DNA of 64,000 bases from a bacterium (lineage in GTDB: Bacteria > UBA8248 > JACPRG01 > G963555815): contig CBDHDG010000005.1 in NCBI GenBank assembly GCA_965261595.1, positions 864,001 to 928,000 of the forward strand, read 5' to 3'. The notes beneath the pieces are model-generated. The model worked only from the letters and a program-made list of their open reading frames with translations, made no database searches and was not told the DNA's origin. The translations under genes and the position numbers were made by a program. Below, in pieces: positions 50,031 through 60,248 of the stretch (its first letter is position 1; every line of letters starts with the position of its first letter).

Positions 50031-52193
50031 CTATTGATAACACCAGCGGCCATGTTTCTCGTTATGGATCCACCGGCGATACAAGTTGTCCATTCTGAAT
50101 CCCCGGCTGCCGTAATGAAGCATCCCCAGCCAATTCCTGTTGAAGATGATCAGGTCCGGTTTGCGGTTGGCCCCGCCCCGATAGTTGGCTGGACGAATGT
50201 AGTCCCCCCGCCCCAGATTCCATTGTCCGATCCGGTTTTTCTGCCAACTGGCGCTCACCCGGCTCCCGGAAGAGCGCATGACGCCAAGGTATTGCGTCGA
50301 CCAGTTGCGCGTGTTGAACACAAAAAGGTCCGCCCGCCTGTCGCCGTTCCCGTCCCCCACCGCAAAGCGGTCCCTGGACCTCATCTTCCAACCGGGAACG
50401 CTTCCATCGTATCTCTTCGCCATCGTGAACCGATTGCCAAGGGACCGGAGCATCCCAAGGTATGCGATTCTCCAGTTTCTGCCGTTGAAGATATATGCGT
50501 CCTCTTTCCCGTCCTTATTGAAACGCCGATGTAAAGCCGGTCGTGTCTGCGCATCCGCCAACCGGGAAGAACATCATCATATCGCTTCGCGAGCGTGAGA
50601 CTTTGACCATTGGAGCGGAGCATCCCCAGATATCCCTTCGACCAGTTCCGGGTGTTCAGGACGATCAGGTCTTTTTTCCCGTCGCCGCTGAAGTCGGAGA
50701 AGTAAAACCGGTCGTGCTTCTGGAACTGCCAGCCGGGCATCCGATCGTCGTAGCGTTTCACGAGCCGGAGGGCCCTTCCCGTGGAACGCAACATGCCGAG
50801 GTATTCCTTGGACCAATTGGTGCTGTTATACACAACGACATCGTCCTTGCCGTCTCCACTGAAGTCCCCGACGTAGAACCTGTCATTGCGCTTGAATTGC
50901 CAGCCGCGCATTCGATCGTCATACCGGGCGCTTCGGGAAAACCCCTGACCGTTCGAGAGGAGCACGCCGAGGTATTCCATGGACCAATCGGCGCCATTGA
51001 AGACCAGCAGGTCGTCCTTCCCGTCGTTGTTGAAATCCCCGACATAGAACCGATCGCCGGGCTTGAACTGCCACCCGGAGACCCGGTTGTTGCCGATCCA
51101 GATCCTTTCCAGCTCGCGACCCACGGACTTGTACAGGGCGATATCATCGCCATTATGGACGACGATATCGTCCTTCCCATCTCCGGTAAAGTCTCCGACG
51201 TAGGTGCGAAAAAAGGTGTGTTTCATGAATGGGTCGAGCCTGAGCTTCATGTGGTTGTAACCGACCGGGCCGAAAGGAGGGGCATTGCTTCGCATCCGAC
51301 CCGAGTTGACGGATCGATAGACCTTCCGTTTGTAGGTCGCGCATCCTTTAAACAGACCGGCGTCCTCGGCGCTATCCCAACCCGCGGGCCGAGGTAACGA
51401 GGTGGGTATCGGGGTCGAGGATTTGACGTATTTTTTCCACTTCAGTGTGGCTCGGTTGGTGTTCTTCGTGCAATTGACCGCCGAGGGCTCGCCCCGAGGA
51501 TAATCCTTATCGATCTTGGAATATTCGTCGGCGAGTCCTCCAATCCCATGACCAAACTCGTGGGCCAATGTCCTCCAGCCGGTTGTCGCGTGGTTTTTCT
51601 TGGTCACAATCTGCGCCCCGCCGCCGCCATAACCGCCGCCCCTCGATTCGTTCAAAATGATCACATAGTAATCCCAGTCCGGGACGTAGGTATTCAATAT
51701 GTTATTGCGCAAACCCGCGGTTTGCGGGGAGCGCTCCATCCAGCAGTGGGCCCACACTCCGCTGAAAATATACTTCAGCGCGGTATTTTTCATGGTTGTG
51801 CTGACTATCGTGTCATCCGATTTGTCGTTGGGCGTCCCCTTTAGATCGTAAACCCTCTGGCTGACACCGGACTCGGCGGAGACGAGATCGAGGCGGAAGA
51901 CGTTGAAGGCATTCTGATCCTCCAGGAAAAAATCTTTTGTGAAAACACCCTTGATAAACAGGTTGTCAACGATTTGTAGCCACTCCTCCTGCATCCCCGA
52001 CGGCAAAGCCGTCGCCCATGATGACCAGGTTTTTCTTTGACGAAGTCCGCCCGTTACTCATAATCTTGCGGCATCGCGGCGGCGTGCATCCCGCGGAGAA
52101 AGCGGACGTGGCCATGACCACAGGCACAATCAAAGCCGCGGCCATGACCACAGGCACAATCAAAGCAAGGATGACGGGGATCCAGCGTTTCAT
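50031..52193 (-). pseudogene. Secreted M64-family metallopeptidase with C-terminal FG-GAP-like repeats, two frameshifts
   Basis: Signal peptide, NLVIMGDGF, AFNVF, HEFGHGIGGLADEY; about 7 GDFxGDGKDD repeats; frameshifts near 51992 and 50524. Confidence 0.85.
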
Positions 52194-52618
52194 TTCATCT
52201 TCCTTTTGAAAAGCAGTGAAGCATATCGCACGGCGATGCACCCCTTTCCGCCTCGGCGCGGCCGGCTCAATTCGCATCTTCCAGCCGCCTCGCGTCTCTT
52301 GCGAAGAGGCCGGTATCGCCTCCATCGAGCCCGGCAACCACTGCCGGATTCGCTCAAGAACAGCCCCGAAACGGCGACGGCCAAGACTGAGCCTCAAAGC
52401 GTCGTTCTCGGCTTCACCCCGAAGGTTCCACTCTCAGAATGTGGCCAAGGGAACCTATACAGCTTAATTATACACTGGGAACGGGAAAACCTCTAGTCAC
52501 AACGAATGATCTATATGGGAAATCCGGCGAAGGCATGCTTCAGGATTGAATACAGTTCCGCGAATGCCGGACCCAGAAATTGAAAATAGCCGTATCCTCA
52601 ACCGCACCGGATTGGAAT

Positions 52619-52675
52619 CTGATCATTCAAGACCTGATCCCGATTCAGTCCTCCGGGCTGGAGGCCCGGCCTGCC
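52619..52675. repeat. Solo IR end CTGATCATTCAAGACCTGATCCC plus REP-like palindrome at the right edge of the island
   Basis: IR at 52619-52641; GGCAGGCCGGGCCTCCAGCCCGG (minus) at 52653-52675. Confidence 0.65.
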
Positions 52676-52732
52676 TAATCAGTTGGGCGGGACGGACGGA
52701 TCCGCCCCGGATTCGCGCAATTCGTGATTCCC

Positions 52733-54895
52733 TCACGGTTTCACCCGCACCTTGTCATAGAGCGGCGGGTCTTCGGGCAGGGCGACTTCGACGTCCAGAA
52801 GCCGGCCCGTTTGCGGGCACAGGAACCAGCGCATCTCGAACAGGCCGCTTGTCGAGCGGCACGGACCGGCCTCGGCCAGCGGGACTTTGGCGACGGCGCA
52901 GTGGTCCTTCCAGTTCTCGTCGATTCCGCACAGGAGCCGGCCGCTCCGGGTGCATTGAATGTATGTATTTCCGTCTACGCCCTTCACGGTGCGCAACGCC
53001 TCGCTCAGGTTGTGGAAAGGCGCGTTCTCTTCAATGTTCACCTGCGGACCCGGCCCGTTGCCTTGAGCGGCTTCGAGCCGCTTCTCCAGAAGCTCGCGCC
53101 TGCGCCGGGCGGTCGCCTCCGCGTCGAGCGCCGCCGGTCCCGCGTCCTTCAGGATGACGCCGTAGAGCCTTTCAGCCCATTGCCGGGAGACCATCCCCGC
53201 GATGACGTCCTCCACGACGCGCCCGGGGTCCCGTTCCAGGGGATCGCCGTATCCGCCGCCTCCGCCGAAGCATCCATGGAGCATCTCGCCCTTCTCAAGG
53301 GCGTACTCCCCCCAGCCAGCGGGGGCGCGCCTGCCGCCGAATTCTTCCACCCGCTCCGGGAAGCCGTCTTGCCCCAGGACTTCGTAGACATCTTTGCCCT
53401 GGTAGAGACCGAAGTTCGTGTTGTTCCCGGGGAGGCCGCCCGAGAAGCCCAGGCACCGGGTGAAGTCCGTTCCCGTGCAATAGAGCACCAGGTTGATCCG
53501 GTCGTTCTCGGCGCCGTGGGCGGTGATGCCGTACTCGGTCGTCAGCCCGCCCCGGAACCGGCCGGCGCCGGCCGAGTCCTTCTGGAGCCGGTGGAAGGTG
53601 TACAGAATGGGGAGGTTGAGCTCCTCGAACTCGATGTTGGGTGTCCGGTTGATCGGGTTGGGGATCGTTCCGGCGAAATCGACGCCGTCCCGGAAGGTGC
53701 GCGCGCCGCCGCACCCCCCCATGTTCTGGGTGATCGTGGAGACGACGAATTTCCCCGCTTTGGTGCCCGTCACGGTCGTGGGCGTCTGCGCGCCTTGCCA
53801 GACGCAGGTGGCTTCTTTGCGGTATGCGTCGCTGGCGACCAGCATTTTGGAGATGGCCTCGAGGGCGACGGCGTTGATCAGGCCGATCCCGGTGAGGGTG
53901 GCCAGGCAGTTCGGCGCGGGGCGCGTGCAGTTGACCAGGCTCCCCTCCGGCGCGTTCATCGTGACGGGCTTCAGCATCCCGTCGTTCCAGAGGATGTCGT
54001 AGCCCAGGAGCGGAAACACGGGGGCGAGAACCGCGCCGTAGCTCCCCCAGTAGGCCGCGTTGAACGGGACGGGCGATTGCGGGCTGGTGCCGGTGAAGTC
54101 GAAGTGAATCGCGTCGTCCGTCTTCGTCATCGCGAGGTGGACGACGTAGTTCCGGCCCTCGGCCTCGATGTAGTGCCGGGTCCGCCACGTTCCGTCGGGC
54201 AGCTCCCGGAGTCTTTTGCGAAAAAGCGTCTCGGACTCGTCGAGCAGCCCCTGGGAGACCTCGTCCACCGTTTCCTGGCCGTACTTGTCCATCAGCTCGG
54301 TCAACCGCTCCTTGACGGTGACGTTCGCGGCGATCTGCGAGCGGAGGTCGAGGGCGACATTGTCCGGAACCCGCACCATGTTGAGCAGCGTGGCCCAGAC
54401 ATCTTTCCGGACGACCCCCCGCTCCACGATCTTGATGCCCGGACACATGATCCCTTCGTGGTAAATCTCCCGGGAATGGGGGGCGAAGCCGCCGGGGTTG
54501 ATGGCGCCGATGTCGCGCCAGTGGACGAAGTTCGCGCTCCAGGCGACCAGCTTGTCCCGATAGAAGATCGGGGAGATCACATACGCGTCCGAGCTGTGCA
54601 AGGCCGCGACGTAGGGGTCGTTGATCAGGAACACGTCGCCGTCGTAGACACCGGGGTTCTCATGGTACTCGCGCAGGACGTGCCGGCACGCCTCGCCGGC
54701 GCCGGGCAGGGCGTGGAGGTACCCCATCACCGCCATCAGGAGACCCCCGTCGGCGCGGTACAGGCCCACGAGGAGGTCATGGCCCTCCGTCGTCGTCGAG
54801 GAGCCGGAGATGTGCTTGAGCGTGATGACCGCCTCGTCCACGATGCGCATGAGCTTGTGGCGGATGATCTCGAACGTGAAGGGATCGACGCTCAC
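52733..54895 (-). CDS. Hydantoinase B/oxoprolinase family protein with C-terminal acetone-carboxylase gamma-like domain
   Basis: DPFTFEII, NDPY...LHSSD, HWRDIG, EGI, DSAGAGRFRGG and GGGGGYGDPLER motifs. Confidence 0.92.
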   Translation of the reverse strand: MSVDPFTFEIIRHKLMRIVDEAVITLKHISGSSTTTEGHDLLVGLYRADGGLLMAVMGYLHALPGAGEACRHVLREYHENPGVYDGDVFLINDPYVAALHSSDAYVISPIFYRDKLVAWSANFVHWRDIGAINPGGFAPHSREIYHEGIMCPGIKIVERGVVRKDVWATLLNMVRVPDNVALDLRSQIAANVTVKERLTELMDKYGQETVDEVSQGLLDESETLFRKRLRELPDGTWRTRHYIEAEGRNYVVHLAMTKTDDAIHFDFTGTSPQSPVPFNAAYWGSYGAVLAPVFPLLGYDILWNDGMLKPVTMNAPEGSLVNCTRPAPNCLATLTGIGLINAVALEAISKMLVASDAYRKEATCVWQGAQTPTTVTGTKAGKFVVSTITQNMGGCGGARTFRDGVDFAGTIPNPINRTPNIEFEELNLPILYTFHRLQKDSAGAGRFRGGLTTEYGITAHGAENDRINLVLYCTGTDFTRCLGFSGGLPGNNTNFGLYQGKDVYEVLGQDGFPERVEEFGGRRAPAGWGEYALEKGEMLHGCFGGGGGYGDPLERDPGRVVEDVIAGMVSRQWAERLYGVILKDAGPAALDAEATARRRRELLEKRLEAAQGNGPGPQVNIEENAPFHNLSEALRTVKGVDGNTYIQCTRSGRLLCGIDENWKDHCAVAKVPLAEAGPCRSTSGLFEMRWFLCPQTGRLLDVEVALPEDPPLYDKVRVKP

Positions 54896-54901
54896 GGCGC
54901 G

Positions 54902-56995
54902 CTACTCCTTCAAGGGAATGATGACGTTTTTGTACATGTCCAACACCGCCTTCTGGCCGGGCTGGAGGACGATGGTCGTGACCGGCGTCACGATGACGGC
55001 GGGGCCGTCTACGGCGTTGCCGTGCTCGAGGAGGTCGTAGCGATAGACCCCGGTTTCGCATTTCTCGCCGTTGAAGAAGATCGGTCGCCTATTGATAAGG
55101 GCCTTCCCGGGATCCGGGCCCGCCTTTTCGAATGTCCGGAGCGTGGGCTTGGGAAGCTTCCCGACGGCCCGCAAATGGAAGCTGATGATCTCCATTCCCG
55201 CTTCCTGATAGGCCGAGCCCTTCCCGTGTTTCTGCTCGTAGATCTCCGTGAATTGCCGGTAGACGGCCTCCAGGTCCTGCGTTGAGAGCTTCCCGAGGGG
55301 GACCGGCGTGATGACCTCGTGCATTTGAAGCCGGAACCGCAGCCCCGCCGTTCTTTGGAAGCGGACCTCGTTCTCCGCGAATCCTTCCTGCTTCATCTCT
55401 TCGAGGGCCTTGGCCTCCAGCCCGGTGAAGATATCGTTCACCTCGGCCGCCGCCGCCGGGACCGGGACGTGCTTCGTCACGGGATACTCATGGGTGACGT
55501 CCGAGGTCACGATGCCGAAGGCCCCGTGGACCGACGCCGTGGACGGGACGACGATCTTTTGGACGCCCAGCTCGGGCGAGAAGGCCCCGGCGTGGATGGA
55601 TGCCGCTCCGCCGTAGGAGAACAGGACGTAATCCCGGGGGTCCAGGCCGCGCTCCACCGTGACCTTCCGGACCAGGTCCGCCATCTGGGCGTTAACCAGC
55701 CGGTATAGAGCGGAGGCCGCCTCCTCGACTTCCATCCCCAGGGGCTCGGCCACCTTTTGGCGGAAGAGGGCCTCGGTTTTTTCAAGGTCGAGCTTCATCT
55801 TCCCGCCCAGGAAGTAGTCCGGTTCGATATAGCCGAGGAGGAGGTTTACGTCCGTGAGGGTGGGCTCCTCGCCGCCCAGGCCGTAGCAGATGGGTCCGGG
55901 CGAGGCCCCGGCGCTTTGCGGGCCGATTCGGGGCAGGTTCGTTCGGGGCTCGATCCATACGATGCTTCCGCCGCCGGCCCCGATGGAGACGATGTCGATC
56001 TTGGGGATCAGCGAGTGGTGCCGCAGGATGGTGGACTCCCAGGCGTACTCGTAGACCCCGTCCGTGATGACGCCGACCTTGAAGCTGGTCCCGCCGAGAT
56101 CGCACCCGATGATGTTCGGACACCCGATCAGGTTGCCGGCGAACTGGCTGCCGATGATGCCCCCGGCGGGGCCGGACTCGATCATCCCCACGGCCCGCTC
56201 GGTGGCCTTCGGCACGGGCAGGAGCCCGCCGTAGCCCTGCATGATCAACGGGCTTTCCGTGAAGCCCAGCTTGGAGATCCGCTCCTCGAGGCCCCGGAGC
56301 GACTCGCGCATCTCGGGGGCCACGGCGGCGTTCAGCGCAACGGTCGAGACCCGCTCATACTCGCCGATCCGGGGCGCGAGCTCCGAGGAGAGGGTCACGG
56401 GGACGTCCGGGTGGAGCTTGCGGATGGCCTCCGCCGCCCGGTTCTCGTTCTCCGGATTTCGGAACGACCATAGAAAACACAGACCGATGGATTCGGCCCC
56501 GCTCTCCACAAGGGCTTTCGCCGCCCCGCCCACGTCCGCCTCATCCACGGGGACGACGATCTCCCCCTGGCTGTCCGTGCGCTCGCGGACGCCCCGGGTC
56601 AGCGTTCGCGGCACGAGGGGCGTGGGTTTATCGGTCATGACCGGGTGCATGGCCTCTTCGTTGGACAGCCCGGCCCAGCGCCCGTAGCCGCCCCGGGTGA
56701 GGACCAGGGTGTCTTCGAACCCCCGCGTCATGAGCAGGCCGACCTTGGCCAGCCGCCGGTTGATGAGGGCGTTCTCCGCGGCGGTCGTGCCGAGCAGGAA
56801 TGCATCCGCCCGGCTCATCAGCTCTTCCACGCTCAGGCCGAGCGCGTCGGCGCCGTCCCGGACGCTGTCGAGCACCCCGACGGAGAAGTCGTAGGGCGTC
56901 GAGAGGGACTTGCCCAACGTGATCGAGCCGTCCGAGTCGAGCAGGACGGCGTCCGTAAAGGTCCCTCCCACATCCACACCGATGATGTAGGCCAT
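54902..56995 (-). CDS. Hydantoinase A/oxoprolinase family ATP-dependent subunit
   Basis: GVDVGGTFTD, ESGPAGG, DLGGTS, IGAGGGS and SAGASPGPICY motifs. Confidence 0.95.
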   Translation of the reverse strand: MAYIIGVDVGGTFTDAVLLDSDGSITLGKSLSTPYDFSVGVLDSVRDGADALGLSVEELMSRADAFLLGTTAAENALINRRLAKVGLLMTRGFEDTLVLTRGGYGRWAGLSNEEAMHPVMTDKPTPLVPRTLTRGVRERTDSQGEIVVPVDEADVGGAAKALVESGAESIGLCFLWSFRNPENENRAAEAIRKLHPDVPVTLSSELAPRIGEYERVSTVALNAAVAPEMRESLRGLEERISKLGFTESPLIMQGYGGLLPVPKATERAVGMIESGPAGGIIGSQFAGNLIGCPNIIGCDLGGTSFKVGVITDGVYEYAWESTILRHHSLIPKIDIVSIGAGGGSIVWIEPRTNLPRIGPQSAGASPGPICYGLGGEEPTLTDVNLLLGYIEPDYFLGGKMKLDLEKTEALFRQKVAEPLGMEVEEAASALYRLVNAQMADLVRKVTVERGLDPRDYVLFSYGGAASIHAGAFSPELGVQKIVVPSTASVHGAFGIVTSDVTHEYPVTKHVPVPAAAAEVNDIFTGLEAKALEEMKQEGFAENEVRFQRTAGLRFRLQMHEVITPVPLGKLSTQDLEAVYRQFTEIYEQKHGKGSAYQEAGMEIISFHLRAVGKLPKPTLRTFEKAGPDPGKALINRRPIFFNGEKCETGVYRYDLLEHGNAVDGPAVIVTPVTTIVLQPGQKAVLDMYKNVIIPLKE

Positions 56996-57044
56996 GGCTT
57001 CCCCTTCTTGTGGAAATGAAAGCGGTTCACATGCGGCGGGCCGC

Positions 57045-57707
57045 TCAGGCGTTCAGCGTCGCCTTCTTCCCCGACAGCTTCCCCGCGACTTCATCCAGGT
57101 TGGTGACCACCCCGAAATAAATCCGGACGTTTTTGAGCATCGAGTCGTGAAGGTCCTGAAAGGAGCCGGCGACGCAATCCTCGGGGACGACGAGGTCGAA
57201 GTCGTGAAAGTACCCTTCCCGGATGGTGGATTCGACGCAATAGTTCGAGTTCACGCCGGAGATGATGAGCATTTGCACGCCCAGCATTTTCAATTTCGTC
57301 GCCAGGTTGGTGTCGAAGAAGCAGGAGGCGCGGTGCTTCCAGAGAATGTGGTCCTCGGGACGGTGGACCTTCATCATGTCCTCTTGGAGATTGAGCTCGT
57401 TCGTCCCCCGGGAGGCGACGAAGATGTTGCGCTTCTCCAGGTGATTGGGAATCTTGTGGCGCAGGCGCGTCTTGTCGTCGCGGATGTGCTCCTGGATCGA
57501 CCAGATGATCGGCATCCCCGACTTGCGGCAGGCTTCAACCAAGCCACAGACGTTCGGAATGATGGCGCGCTGGTTCTTGTTGAGTCCGGCCTTGCCGAAG
57601 GTGCTGTCGATATCCAGGAAACCGGTTTGCATGTCGATCACGAGCAAGGCCGTATCGGAAGGGTCGATTTCCCATTCGAATTCGATCACACCGAAATTAT
57701 CACTCAT
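57045..57707 (-). CDS. Isochorismatase-like cysteine hydrolase (paralogue of 11116-11751)
   Basis: ALLVIDMQ, KHRASCFFDT and NYCVESTIRE motifs; RBS AGGAGG. Confidence 0.92.
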   Translation of the reverse strand: MSDNFGVIEFEWEIDPSDTALLVIDMQTGFLDIDSTFGKAGLNKNQRAIIPNVCGLVEACRKSGMPIIWSIQEHIRDDKTRLRHKIPNHLEKRNIFVASRGTNELNLQEDMMKVHRPEDHILWKHRASCFFDTNLATKLKMLGVQMLIISGVNSNYCVESTIREGYFHDFDLVVPEDCVAGSFQDLHDSMLKNVRIYFGVVTNLDEVAGKLSGKKATLNA

Positions 57708-58196
57708 GCTCATCCTCCTGAGGGCATTCGCATTTCGGGAAGCCCTTCAAAACAGGGGGCAGCCGTTTGGAATCGGTTTCCATTTTCCGGGTCCGATTCC
57801 GTATTTCAATCTCGAAGTTACGCCCCGAACCACCCGACCCGGCGTGGCCCCACTCAGGATTCGATTGAGTGAATCTACCATAGGCCCGAATTTCATGCAG
57901 GGGTCAAGGGCCTTGTCCCACTGAGGACCACTTCCGGACGTGGGCGAAAAGGAACATTCGGGCGTATGGAAGCCGGCGTCATTCTCCCTTCCCGGAATAG
58001 CCGGGAATCTTTCGGACCCGTTTATCGTTGACAGGATTATGGGTCTTCGGTACGCTCCACTGGGCTTTTGGAAGTCCCGGAACTGCCGGGTCTCTCCCCC
58101 CCCTCCCCCCTCCCTCCCGTTCGCGGGTCTGGCCCGATGGGTGTCAGGTAAGATGGCTCGACAATCCCCTTCCTCCCCCCTGTGGTTGAAACCGCT

Positions 58197-59141
58197 ATGC
58201 GGCGGGGCGGTTCTGTGCGGATTCCTCCTCCTTCTCTTGTGGCCCCGCTTCTCCCCGCTGAGACGAACCCGCCCGATCCTTTCGAGGCCATCGTTCGCGG
58301 CGCCGAGAATATCCTTCCTTCGGTCGTCACGCTGGAGGTGAGCGTTCCCCCGGAGCATCCGGCGGCGGCCATTTTGGGGACGGGGCGCGTCGGCACGGGC
58401 GTCATCGTGTCCCGGGAAGGCCACATCCTGACCGCCAGCTATATCGTCATGGGCGACCGGAGGATTCAGGTCACCCTGCCGGACGGCAGGAGGGTTCCCG
58501 GCCGGGTTTTCAAGATCGACCATTCCCGGGGACTGGGCGTCGTGAAGGTCGAGATCTCCGGGCTTCGTCCCGCTCCCCTGGGCGTGTCGCGGAACCTCCG
58601 GATCGGCCAGATGGCGATCGCCGTCGGGAGCCGCGGCGGGACCGAGCGGGCGGTCCATCACGGGATCGTGAGCGCGGTGCCGCCCTTCACCGCCCCGTGG
58701 GAGTTCCGCATCGAGCGGGCCATCTATACGACGGCCATGACCTCGGGGTTTTTCGGGGGGACCCCGCTTCTGGACGCCCGGGGGCGGGTCGTCGGGATCA
58801 TCTCCCTCAACATGACCCGGGAGCGCGGGATGGGCCTCGCCATCCCCATCGACCTCTTCACCGAAGTCCGCAAAGACCTGCTCGACATCCGGCCGGATGA
58901 GCGCCGGGCGCTCCCCTGGCTGGGCGTCCTGACGTTCATGGTCAAGGATCGGCTCATCGTCCGGCGCGTAACGCCCAACGGGCCCGCCGGGGTCTCCGGG
59001 GTCCTCCCCCGGGACGTCATCCGGGCGGTGGATGGAAAGCCTGTGGGGAGTCAGGAAGGATTCTACCGGGCCGTCCGGCGCGGTGAAAAAAACATGAGCG
59101 TCCGGGTGTACGGCGGAAACCGCGAGGAGTTCTATCGGTGA
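58197..59141 (+). CDS. S1C/HtrA-like protein with PDZ domain, catalytic triad absent
   Basis: GTGVIV..GHILTASYIV, PLGVSRNLRIGQ, GGTPLLDARGRVVGI and PWLGV; His, Asp and Ser all replaced. Confidence 0.85.
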   Translation: MRRGGSVRIPPPSLVAPLLPAETNPPDPFEAIVRGAENILPSVVTLEVSVPPEHPAAAILGTGRVGTGVIVSREGHILTASYIVMGDRRIQVTLPDGRRVPGRVFKIDHSRGLGVVKVEISGLRPAPLGVSRNLRIGQMAIAVGSRGGTERAVHHGIVSAVPPFTAPWEFRIERAIYTTAMTSGFFGGTPLLDARGRVVGIISLNMTRERGMGLAIPIDLFTEVRKDLLDIRPDERRALPWLGVLTFMVKDRLIVRRVTPNGPAGVSGVLPRDVIRAVDGKPVGSQEGFYRAVRRGEKNMSVRVYGGNREEFYR

Positions 59142-60166
59142 GGACGCATTGGGGGAGGGGATTCCCCGGTCTCGTTCTGGGGCTGGTCTTCGCGCTTGCC
59201 GTTTCGGCCAAGGGAGCGGAAAAGGACCCCTTCGAGGCGGTGACCGAGGTGGCCCGCCGGGCTCTGCCCGCCGTGGTGAGCATCGAGGCCCACGCCCCCG
59301 AGGGAAGCCCGGCCGCTGAAATCCTCGGCCGGAACCGAAAGGGGACGGGGATGCTCATCGATCCTTCAGGGTGGGTCCTGACGAGCAACCACGTCGTGGC
59401 GGGTGCGGATCGGATATTCGTCACCTTGACGGATGGCCGAAGGTTTCCCGGCGAGATGGCGGGCAATGACGCCCAGACCGATCTGGCGCTTGTTCGTGTG
59501 AAGGGAGAGGGATTCTCCGTTCTCCCCCTCGGCCGCTCCACCGGCCTTCGTCTGGGCGAGGGGGTGGTTGTCATCGGAAGCGGCGCGGGGAAAGACCGGG
59601 AGGTCACCCTGGGGACGGTGAACGCCATCGGGCCTTTTGTGGCCTACTGGGAGTTCATGCTGGACCGTGTGATCCAGACGGATACCTTCGTCCGACAGGG
59701 CTACAGCGGAGGCCCCCTGTTGAACCTGCGGGGGGAGGTGGTCGGCGTGGTTTCTTACCTGCGCCCGACGGCGCCCGGTCTTGCGGGGCTGGTCATCCCC
59801 ATTGAAGCGGCGTCCGCGCTGCGGCGGAGCCTCTCAGCCGGGCAGGGGGGCTTTTCAGCCGGAGATGGGACCCAGCGGACCCGCCGCGCCTGGCTCGGCG
59901 CCAGTGTGATTCCCCGGGCGGGCGGGATCGCCATCCAGGGTCTCACGCCCGGAGGCCCGGCGACGCGCGCGAATCTCCTGCCGAAAGACGTCATCACGCA
60001 TGTGAACGCCGTTCCCGTCATGGGGCTTGAGACTTACTACCGCCAGCTCTGGAAGCACGCGCCCGGCTCGGAGATCCGGTTGACGATCCTGCGGGCCGGA
60101 GAGCGCCGGGTCGTTCCGGTCCGAAGCGCCGATCGGGACCGGTTCTTCGCGCCGTCAGGCAAGTGA
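59138..60166 (+). CDS. S1C/HtrA-like serine protease with PDZ domain
   Basis: Signal peptide; TSNHVV, TDLAL and GYSGGPL give an intact triad. Confidence 0.92.
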   Translation: MRTHWGRGFPGLVLGLVFALAVSAKGAEKDPFEAVTEVARRALPAVVSIEAHAPEGSPAAEILGRNRKGTGMLIDPSGWVLTSNHVVAGADRIFVTLTDGRRFPGEMAGNDAQTDLALVRVKGEGFSVLPLGRSTGLRLGEGVVVIGSGAGKDREVTLGTVNAIGPFVAYWEFMLDRVIQTDTFVRQGYSGGPLLNLRGEVVGVVSYLRPTAPGLAGLVIPIEAASALRRSLSAGQGGFSAGDGTQRTRRAWLGASVIPRAGGIAIQGLTPGGPATRANLLPKDVITHVNAVPVMGLETYYRQLWKHAPGSEIRLTILRAGERRVVPVRSADRDRFFAPSGK

Positions 60167-60248
60167 AGAGGACGCCTTACCCTTCTCTTTGCTCCCGCGG
60201 TGTCATCCGCCTCGCCGGATCCCGGTCATTCAGCCGAGGAGTCGTCCT

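Noticed and set aside
52733..56995. Calling the pair acetone carboxylase (acxAB)
   Set aside because: Only family-level motifs are visible; the neighbouring hydrolase fits amide ring opening better.
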